Source of the DNA: a virus
Reading direction: 5' to 3' (one strand)
IMG/VR virus record: IMGVR_UViG_3300027763_000032
Span: 1 to 64,000 of that record
DNA: 64,000 nucleotides
Shown: piece after piece, positions 48,275-55,211 of the stretch
Layout: the number at the start of each line of letters is the position of its first letter
Position numbering within the stretch: position 1 is the stretch's first letter
Translations under genes and position numbers: made by a program
Notes under the pieces: generated by a model
Database searches by the model: none
What the model was told of the DNA's origin: nothing
Seen by the model: only the letters and a program-made list of their open reading frames with translations

Positions 48275-49069
48275 ATGGCGCAACGAATTTTAGTTATGGG
48301 ATTACCAGGTTCTGGTAAAACTTATCTAGCACAGCATATTGTAGATCATCTGCAGGCAGAAAAGAAAAAAGTCGGTTGGCTTAATGCAGACGATGTACGT
48401 AAAAAGTACAATGACTGGGATTTTAGTGAAGCTGGACGTATTCGTCAAAGTAAACGTATGCGTGATCTAGCAGATGCTATGACTGAATGTGATTATGTCA
48501 TCTGTGACTTTGTTGCACCATTACTCGAAATGCGTCATAACTTTAAAGCAGACTGGACCATTTGGGTTGACACTATACGTGAAGGTCGCTATGCAGATAC
48601 AAATGCGATGTTTGTTGAACCTGAAGTATATGATTTTAGAATCACAGAACAAAATGCAGGAAAGTGGGGTGAGTTTATTGCCGCACACATTATAGATAAT
48701 CGTAGGCGCCCCGTATTTGATTGGAAAAAAGAAACAGTGCAGATGTTAGGACGTTGGCAACCATGGCATGACGGTCACCGTGCCCTATTTGAAAGACTAC
48801 TTGCTAAAACAGGACAAGTCATTATTCAAGTACGTGATGTACAAGGTTGGCAAGGTAGTAATCCGTTCGAAGTGGCTAAAGTTAAAAGTTTTATCAAGCG
48901 TGATTTAGATCCATTGTATCAAGGTCAATATGAAATACAAGTAGTTCCTAACATTGTACATATTGGCTGGGGTAGAGGTGTAGGTTACACGTCAGGTGAA
49001 GAAACATTTGACGAAGCAGTCACTGACATCAGTGCTACAAAAATACGCAAAGAATTAGGACTAAAATGA
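48275..49069 (+). CDS. fusion of APS-kinase-like P-loop kinase and HxGH nucleotidyltransferase
   Basis: GLPGSGKT...NADDVR...DFVAP N-terminal domain; GRWQPWHDGH...NPF C-terminal domain. Confidence 0.8.
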   Translation: MAQRILVMGLPGSGKTYLAQHIVDHLQAEKKKVGWLNADDVRKKYNDWDFSEAGRIRQSKRMRDLADAMTECDYVICDFVAPLLEMRHNFKADWTIWVDTIREGRYADTNAMFVEPEVYDFRITEQNAGKWGEFIAAHIIDNRRRPVFDWKKETVQMLGRWQPWHDGHRALFERLLAKTGQVIIQVRDVQGWQGSNPFEVAKVKSFIKRDLDPLYQGQYEIQVVPNIVHIGWGRGVGYTSGEETFDEAVTDISATKIRKELGLK

Positions 49070-49251
49070 GAACAATATTAAAAACGTTATCCTGGAGAGT
49101 TATTGGCTCTAGTTCAACGTTTTTAATCAGCTATCTAATAACAGGGCAGGCATTTATTGCCACTAGCATCGCAATTACGCAAATGATAGTTAACACCGTG
49201 TTATATTACATACATGAATTACTTTGGAATAAAGTGAAAAAGGGCCAATAA
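49066..49251 (+). CDS. DUF2061-like small membrane protein
   Basis: KTLSWRVIG...YYIHELLW pattern. Confidence 0.75.
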   Translation: MRTILKTLSWRVIGSSSTFLISYLITGQAFIATSIAITQMIVNTVLYYIHELLWNKVKKGQ

Positions 49252-49262
49252 GGCCCTTTTTT
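49237..49262. terminator. bidirectional intrinsic terminator
   Basis: AAAAAGGGCC-AATAA-GGCCCTTTTTT between convergent genes. Confidence 0.85.
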
Positions 49263-50016
49263 ATTCGTCACCGTATAACGATAGTACCTCCTTAACAGCT
49301 TCGTGACGTTCGATATCTTTCATACCAAACTGGCACACGCTCAATAGATCTAACTGTTTACCGTGTAATCGCTCGCAGAAATCGATCAAGCCATTATCGT
49401 TCAAACGATCAGCTTGACGCAAATCTCCAGTTACGACCATTTTAGAACCTTCACCCAATCTCGTTAGCAACATCTTCATTTGGTTTGGCGTAGCATTTTG
49501 CATTTCGTCTGCAATAATGTATGCTTTCTTGAAGGTGCGACCTCTCATATAAGCTAACGGGCTAATTTCAATTACTCCCTCGCGGATCATGCTCTCGATA
49601 TCCTTAGCGTAATAGTACTCTGCTAACACATCCATAATAGGGCGTGTCCATGGAGCCATTTTTTGCTCAAGGGTTCCGGGAAGGAATCCGTGATCTTCAT
49701 CAACAGAAACAGCAGGGCGTGTAACCACGATTTTATCTACCAACCCTTCTTTGAAGAGTTTGATACCGACTTGGCAGGCGATTAATGTTTTGCCCGTGCC
49801 AGCGGGACCCAGTGCGAAAACTATGTTTTTCGATGGATCTAATAGTTGTAATAGATATTCTTCTTGATTTCGATTGCGTGGAACTACGTGTACGCTACGT
49901 TTTTTCTGTGGAAGATTTTGTGAAAGTGTGTGTTGAAAGGGTTGAAACTCAATCACGTTTGCACGTGGATCGTTAAATCCGTCGTTAAAACGCTTTTTGG
50001 CTCTTTTTGTCGTCAT
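49261..50016 (-). CDS. phoH: PhoH-like ATPase
   Basis: GPAGTGKT, VTRP, GFLPG, LAYMRGRTF, DEMQN, LTRLG, GDLRQ. Confidence 0.95.
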   Translation of the reverse strand: MTTKRAKKRFNDGFNDPRANVIEFQPFQHTLSQNLPQKKRSVHVVPRNRNQEEYLLQLLDPSKNIVFALGPAGTGKTLIACQVGIKLFKEGLVDKIVVTRPAVSVDEDHGFLPGTLEQKMAPWTRPIMDVLAEYYYAKDIESMIREGVIEISPLAYMRGRTFKKAYIIADEMQNATPNQMKMLLTRLGEGSKMVVTGDLRQADRLNDNGLIDFCERLHGKQLDLLSVCQFGMKDIERHEAVKEVLSLYGDE

Positions 50017-50094
50017 TAACTGCTCTCCTTTTGAGGCTGTAGGACGTCATTGTCACACTACTCTTTGTAGGACAACTGAGAGGTCCTACACTCA

Positions 50095-50153
50095 TATTTA
50101 AGACATAGATAAAAAACAGAAGTGATACTATATCAAAACAGTCAAGATAAATA
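50095..50153. promoter_or_regulatory. divergent late promoter motifs
   Basis: TTAAATA on - (50095-50101) towards phoH; ATAAATA on + (50147-50153). Confidence 0.65.
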
Positions 50154-50176
50154 CATTGACAAAGGATCATTCGAAC

Positions 50177-50737
50177 ATGGCAGACATTTTAGACATTATC
50201 GAGAATATTAGCACAATCTACGAAAGTAATAGTAGCTTGGCTATTCTCAAAGACTACGAACGTGTATTTGACGAGTTAGATCTCTACGTGTTTGAAAACT
50301 GGCAAGACGGCGAACTTATATCAGGTCCGCAAGTAGAACGTCATTGGGTCACTTGCAGTTTCATGTGGCCAAAAGATAAGATGCCTAATCCCGAAGCAGG
50401 CAAGCGACTAACAGAATATGGCTGTAATGTTAAATATAAGAAAGACACACTAATTAAAACTAGAAAAATTCAAAAGCCAGACGACATTCGTCCTGGAACT
50501 AAAAAAGGCAAACTTGACGAGCACCCAATATGGGTTGTTGAGGTTACTATGCCAAAGAAGTTGATGTTAGATATATTCCGTGGATACCACAATCAACTAA
50601 TGGACGATTTGGGTATTGATAAAAACATTACTGCTCCTGAGCTACAGCCGCCGCCTGCAGGAGAAGCGGTACAGGCACAAGAAACACCAGTGGCTCCGGG
50701 AACTGCCGCACCAGAAGGAGCACCAAATGTTGCTTAA
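50177..50737 (+). CDS. conserved late protein (unknown function)
   Basis: Start ATG 50177 (AAGGA RBS) or TTG 50156; P/A-rich tail. Confidence 0.75.
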   Translation: MADILDIIENISTIYESNSSLAILKDYERVFDELDLYVFENWQDGELISGPQVERHWVTCSFMWPKDKMPNPEAGKRLTEYGCNVKYKKDTLIKTRKIQKPDDIRPGTKKGKLDEHPIWVVEVTMPKKLMLDIFRGYHNQLMDDLGIDKNITAPELQPPPAGEAVQAQETPVAPGTAAPEGAPNVA

Positions 50738-51455
50738 TGAAGATAGTTTACAAGCAGGTGACCTACGAGATCTAGTAGATCATGTATTTGAAGTTGATAG
50801 TTATCGTTCAAAGATGGGCGATGACAAAGACGTAGTGGTATTAAGTTTTACAGTAGAAAGTAAAGATCCGGCAGATGATCTAGTTAACTTTATCGAAAAA
50901 GGTTATCAGTTTGTTTTAGACGCTGATGTAACGCCCGGAGAACTTGCTAACGGCAAATACAAAGTATTTGTTGAACTACAGCGTGATAGGCATGTTGCTG
51001 AACACATTAGCGATTTATTATATGGTGTTAAGAAACTTACTGGTGTAGAAGATTTTAAATTTCGTTACTACAAGAGTTTTGACAGCAAAGATGCTGTCAG
51101 AGAAATGTTAGAAGAAGTTATTCCTAACGATCCAACTACATACGAAGAAAGTATTAAAGAACATAAGATGGAAAGCTATGAGCACTTCTTTGCTAAAGGC
51201 CGTTTAGAAAAAGTTGTAATGGAAGGCAATCTATTGCGAGTCAAAAAGATCTATGCTGATCCTTTACAGTTTAAAGTTATTAGAGCAGGAACACCAGAAA
51301 GCATATTAGAATCTATAGAAGAAAAGATTAATGTCAACGAATGGGCAGAAGTTATCTTTTTGACTAAGTACTTTGGTGACTTTAATATTACCAAATTTGG
51401 TAACAAACTCATGTTCGAAGATAAAGGACATGCAGTATTAATGGAGAGACTATAA
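50727..51455 (+). CDS. conserved late protein (unknown function)
   Basis: Start ATG 50727 (MLLNEDSL; AAGGAG RBS). Confidence 0.75.
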   Translation: MLLNEDSLQAGDLRDLVDHVFEVDSYRSKMGDDKDVVVLSFTVESKDPADDLVNFIEKGYQFVLDADVTPGELANGKYKVFVELQRDRHVAEHISDLLYGVKKLTGVEDFKFRYYKSFDSKDAVREMLEEVIPNDPTTYEESIKEHKMESYEHFFAKGRLEKVVMEGNLLRVKKIYADPLQFKVIRAGTPESILESIEEKINVNEWAEVIFLTKYFGDFNITKFGNKLMFEDKGHAVLMERL

Positions 51456-52093
51456 TGAGCGGATTCGATTTTGATTTTACACAAGCTAAGTTTACAGAAA
51501 TTATTGGTAAGAACCCTTACGCAGACCACTGGTTTGGCGCACTGGCTCAAATATTACCAGACTACGATATTAATACAGTACCGCGTGTTGCGGCTTTCCT
51601 AGCGCAGACAGCACACGAGTCAGGCGGCTATCGTGCTATTAAAGAAAACTTAAACTATAAGGCAGCTACCTTACGTAAGATTTTTCCTAAGTATTTTCCA
51701 GACGATGCAACAGCTAACCACTATGCTAGTCTACCTAACAAACAAGAAGCAATTGCTAATAAAGTATATGGCGGACGTATGGGCAATGGTCCAGAAGAGT
51801 CAGGCGATGGCTATCGCTATTGTGGTCGTGGTCTTATCCAGTTAACTGGTAAGGACAACTACACACGTTACGCACAGAGTTTAGAGATTAGTGTAGAAGA
51901 AGCACAAGAACATTTAACAACTTTTGAAGGTTGTGTACAAAGTGCGGCTTGGTTCTGGGAAGCTAATAATTTAAACCAGTGGGCAGACAAAGGCGACATC
52001 CTAACATTAACAAAACGTATCAACGGCGGTACAATTGGATTAGAAGATCGTATCAAGCATTATAATCATGCTTGTCACGTTCTAGGACATTAA
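51455..52093 (+). CDS. glycoside hydrolase family 19 endolysin
   Basis: AAFLAQTAHESGG, YCGRGLIQLTGKDNY, SAAWFW, TKRINGG. Confidence 0.93.
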   Translation: MSGFDFDFTQAKFTEIIGKNPYADHWFGALAQILPDYDINTVPRVAAFLAQTAHESGGYRAIKENLNYKAATLRKIFPKYFPDDATANHYASLPNKQEAIANKVYGGRMGNGPEESGDGYRYCGRGLIQLTGKDNYTRYAQSLEISVEEAQEHLTTFEGCVQSAAWFWEANNLNQWADKGDILTLTKRINGGTIGLEDRIKHYNHACHVLGH

Positions 52094-52094
52094 T

Positions 52095-52559
52095 ATGTGG
52101 ATGATGAGCTTCGTACCTGATAGTGTTTTACTATATGTTATAAACACAGTATTACTAGTAGGTGCTGTTGGCTCATTCCTCACTTTCTTTGCATTGAATA
52201 GAATCCTTCGTTGGTTCCCTGCTATTTCTCCTTACTATCTTGTTTTACAAATAGTCAGTGCTGTGTTACTAGTAGGTGGCATTTATCTTAAGGGCGGCTA
52301 TGGTGTTGAGATGTCATGGCGTGAGAAAGTAAAAGAAGCAGAAGCCAAAGTGGCTGCTGTTGAAGAACAAAGTAAAGAGATTAATAAGCAGTTAGAGGCC
52401 GAGCGTAAGAAAAAGCAACAGGTAAAAGTTGAATATTACAATACTGTAAAAACTGAAATTAAAGAAGTTGAAAAACTTATCGATGGTAAGTGCGAACTTG
52501 ATCCCAAGGTAAACGAACTACATAACAAGGCAGCAACTAATCCGGAGAAGGCAAAATGA
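52095..52559 (+). CDS. probable i-spanin (Rz-like)
   Basis: N-terminal TM helices plus coiled-coil; between endolysin and lipoprotein. Confidence 0.7.
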   Translation: MWMMSFVPDSVLLYVINTVLLVGAVGSFLTFFALNRILRWFPAISPYYLVLQIVSAVLLVGGIYLKGGYGVEMSWREKVKEAEAKVAAVEEQSKEINKQLEAERKKKQQVKVEYYNTVKTEIKEVEKLIDGKCELDPKVNELHNKAATNPEKAK

Positions 52560-52825
52560 AAAGACTAGTATTGCTACTTCCAGTGATTTTATTAACAGGA
52601 TGTCTAGCAACTGTGCCAGTGGTACCAACTTGGCCTGATGTGCCTAAAGAATTATTAGAAGCATGTCCAGATTTAAAAACAGTAGATCCCACAAACAATA
52701 AACTAACCGCAGTGTTAGATGTTGTTGCAGATAACTACAGCGAGTATTATGGGTGTAAATCTAAAGTAGAAGACTGGATTACTTGGTATAACAGTCAACA
52801 AAAACTTTGGAAAACGCTTAAATAA
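52556..52825 (+). CDS. probable o-spanin (Rz1-like lipoprotein)
   Basis: Signal peptide with lipobox LLTGC, Pro-rich WPDVP. Confidence 0.8.
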   Translation: MKRLVLLLPVILLTGCLATVPVVPTWPDVPKELLEACPDLKTVDPTNNKLTAVLDVVADNYSEYYGCKSKVEDWITWYNSQQKLWKTLK

Positions 52826-52846
52826 AGTTAGTACATTAAGGAGCGA

Positions 52847-53146
52847 ATGATGGAAGATAAGAAGTTAGTAAAATGGTTAGCACTACTATTACTACTGCCC
52901 TTGTGTCTGGCAGTTTTTAGCGGTGACAGATATCGCTACCCTTGCCAAGACCCAAACAACTGGGATAAGGATTTTTGTAAAATGCCGGTTTGTGATGTAA
53001 ATAGAACATGCCCGGAACATATTTTTAAAGGGCAACGCGACCCAAGATTAGGACCCCCAAAAGATGGACAAACTCAAGCAACTACTACTCCAGCTCCGCA
53101 AGCGAGTTTTGGACCTACTACACAAGGAGCAAACTGTGGAAAATAA
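52847..53146 (+). CDS. exported/membrane Cys-rich protein
   Basis: N-terminal hydrophobic helix, RYPCQDP...C...C...CPE; AAGGAG RBS; TTAAATA at 52818-52824. Confidence 0.7.
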   Translation: MMEDKKLVKWLALLLLLPLCLAVFSGDRYRYPCQDPNNWDKDFCKMPVCDVNRTCPEHIFKGQRDPRLGPPKDGQTQATTTPAPQASFGPTTQGANCGK

Positions 53147-53666
53147 TAATGTACCTTTAATATATACTGAAGAGCAGTTAATGGCTCGACTAAAATTCTT
53201 TATCGGCATTTGTCTATCATTGACATTGTTTGGTATTGTATTTGTTGTGTTGTACTCATTGATATTTGTAACGCAACCGTTAAACGCTATCAGTCCAATT
53301 GACCAAAAGTTCTTTGAGTTAATTATTCCTATTGCTACATTCTTAACAGGTACACTAAGTGGTATCATGTTAGCAAGTCCAGGCGATAAAGAAGCACAGA
53401 AGCAGGCATTGACCGCGGCAAATGCAGGTTGGTCTAAGCCGCCGACACCAATTGCACCTACCCCAAGTACGCCAATGAGCGGTGGATTTGGTAGCGCACC
53501 GCTAGGCGGAAATAGTGCAAGTACATTTGGCGGCAACACAAATCAATTTACAGCACCCCCAGCAAGCACAAGTTTTGCGGCACCAGCAAGTTGGGGAACA
53601 ACCCCAATAGCAACAACAGCAAGTGGTAAAGCTATTGTTCCAGACTTACCACAACCAGAACTATAA
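53136..53666 (+). CDS. two-TM membrane protein (holin/antiholin candidate)
   Basis: GTG start after AAGGAG; two TM segments then P/S/T-rich tail. Confidence 0.65.
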   Translation: MENNNVPLIYTEEQLMARLKFFIGICLSLTLFGIVFVVLYSLIFVTQPLNAISPIDQKFFELIIPIATFLTGTLSGIMLASPGDKEAQKQALTAANAGWSKPPTPIAPTPSTPMSGGFGSAPLGGNSASTFGGNTNQFTAPPASTSFAAPASWGTTPIATTASGKAIVPDLPQPEL

Positions 53667-53678
53667 TAGGAGCGAGAC

Positions 53679-53822
53679 ATGTTAGAAACATTATTTTATA
53701 TTTTAATCGGAGCATTCATTGGTTGGAACTTTCCTCAACCACAATATGCAAAAGATATCCAGGCCAAATATTTACAAAAATATATTGATGGCTTAAAATC
53801 AATACTGTTCTTTTGGAAATAA
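53679..53822 (+). CDS. small membrane protein (47 aa)
   Basis: MLETLFYILIGAFIGWNFPQP...; AGGAG RBS; below the ORF-track cut-off. Confidence 0.65.
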   Translation: MLETLFYILIGAFIGWNFPQPQYAKDIQAKYLQKYIDGLKSILFFWK

Positions 53823-53824
53823 TT

Positions 53825-54052
53825 ATGAACTGGCTATCGAGTATGTTATCAGACGGCGACAACGGAAGCGTTAGTAGCAAACGAGTAGTTACTCTATTGG
53901 CGTTCATCATGTGCGGCATTGCTTTTATAGTGGACTTGTTCACTGTATACAAAGCAGATCCACATTTATTTGATGCTATGATGTACATAGCTATCGCAGG
54001 GTTAGGATTTACAGCAAGCGAAAAGTTTGCTTCAAAAACACAAGGAAAATAA
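53825..54052 (+). CDS. two-TM holin-like protein
   Basis: MNWLSSML...SSKRVV, two TM segments, basic C-terminus. Confidence 0.65.
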   Translation: MNWLSSMLSDGDNGSVSSKRVVTLLAFIMCGIAFIVDLFTVYKADPHLFDAMMYIAIAGLGFTASEKFASKTQGK

Positions 54053-54053
54053 A

Positions 54054-54257
54054 ATGAAAAAATTATTAGCATTATTAGCATTATGCGTGGCTAGTACAGC
54101 ATTTGCAGGCGGAGAAATGAAAGAAGTCTGTACAGATAAGAAAGACAAAGCCGGAAAAGTAGTAAACGGCAAGGATGGTAAACCTGTACAAGAGTGTAAA
54201 AAAATCAAAGTTCACAAGAAAGTGGAAGGTGAAAAAGTTCCAGACGGCAAGAAATAA
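54054..54257 (+). CDS. small secreted basic protein with two Cys
   Basis: Signal peptide MKKLLALLALCVASTAFA; KEVC...KDGKPVQECKKIK. Confidence 0.7.
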   Translation: MKKLLALLALCVASTAFAGGEMKEVCTDKKDKAGKVVNGKDGKPVQECKKIKVHKKVEGEKVPDGKK

Positions 54258-54265
54258 TATTTCTC

Positions 54266-54294
54266 TTGACATAAGTAAAAAGGTATAGTATAAT
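54266..54294 (+). promoter_or_regulatory. sigma70-type promoter (perfect consensus)
   Basis: TTGACA(54266)-17 nt-TATAAT(54289). Confidence 0.85.
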
Positions 54295-54312
54295 GACTAC
54301 TATGCCTTTTTT
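54277..54312. terminator. intrinsic terminator hairpin overlapping the dnaJ promoter
   Basis: AAAAAGGTATAGTA-TAATGAC-TACTATGCCTTTTT(T), one G-U pair. Confidence 0.7.
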
Positions 54313-54329
54313 CACCAATAAAATAAAAT

Positions 54330-55160
54330 ATGGACTATTATAATGTATTAGGCGTTCCTAGAGGTGCTAGCCCCGAGGACATTAAAAAAGCCTATAGAAA
54401 ACTAGCCGCCGTACATCATCCAGATAGAGGTGGTGATACACAACAGTTTCAACAACTGCAAGAAGCATACGCAACACTCAGTGACGATCAAAAACGTGCA
54501 GAGTACGACAACCCACAACCACAATTTGGCGGGCCTGGTGGATTCCACTTTAATACCGGAAATATGAATGATATTTTTGGAGGTATGTTTGGGGGACCGT
54601 TTGGAGGATTCCAGCAACAGAGAATGATGCGTAAAAATAAATCTATTAACATTACTGTGCAAATGACTCTTAAAGATATTTTACATGGTAAGGATGTTAT
54701 TGGCAGTATTCGATTGCCTTCCGGTAGAGAACAAGCACTTCAACTTAAAATCCCTCGCGGTGTTGCAATGGGAGATAGTATTAGATTCCACGAAATGGGA
54801 GATGATACTCATCCGCAATTACAGCGTGGAGACCTAATTGCTGTTATTCAAGAAATACCGCATCCACAATTTGAACGCAGGGGAGCAGACCTTTACACTA
54901 CTGCTCCAATATCTGTATTTGATACAATGCTAGGAACATCAATTAAGATTCAAACTATAGAAGATTCAACATTAGATATTACTATACCAGTAGGTATCAA
55001 TCCAGGTACTACTATGTCATGCCATCAATATGGATTGCCTATTGGTATGCACGAACATCGACGTGGTAATTTATATGTTAAAATTGATGTTGTTGTCCCA
55101 AAATCAATAGACTATGAAGATACCGAAACATTGAGGCAATTAAAAGCCAAGTACGGTTGA
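54330..55160 (+). CDS. dnaJ: DnaJ class B (CbpA-like) co-chaperone
   Basis: J-domain with HPD, G/F-rich linker, C-terminal peptide-binding domain, no Zn finger. Confidence 0.93.
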   Translation: MDYYNVLGVPRGASPEDIKKAYRKLAAVHHPDRGGDTQQFQQLQEAYATLSDDQKRAEYDNPQPQFGGPGGFHFNTGNMNDIFGGMFGGPFGGFQQQRMMRKNKSINITVQMTLKDILHGKDVIGSIRLPSGREQALQLKIPRGVAMGDSIRFHEMGDDTHPQLQRGDLIAVIQEIPHPQFERRGADLYTTAPISVFDTMLGTSIKIQTIEDSTLDITIPVGINPGTTMSCHQYGLPIGMHEHRRGNLYVKIDVVVPKSIDYEDTETLRQLKAKYG

Positions 55161-55184
55161 CAAGTATTTTAATTCGTGTATAAT
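55157..55184 (+). promoter_or_regulatory. sigma70-type promoter for clpA
   Basis: TTGACA-16 nt-TATAAT. Confidence 0.75.
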
Positions 55185-55211
55185 TAACTCATCATAACCC
55201 AAGGAAACGTA

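Noticed and set aside
50044-50056. GTCAT/TGTCAC resembling Pho-box half-sites upstream of phoH
   Set aside because: Half-sites are about 6 nt apart rather than the 11-nt period, and lie on the strand opposite phoH transcription.
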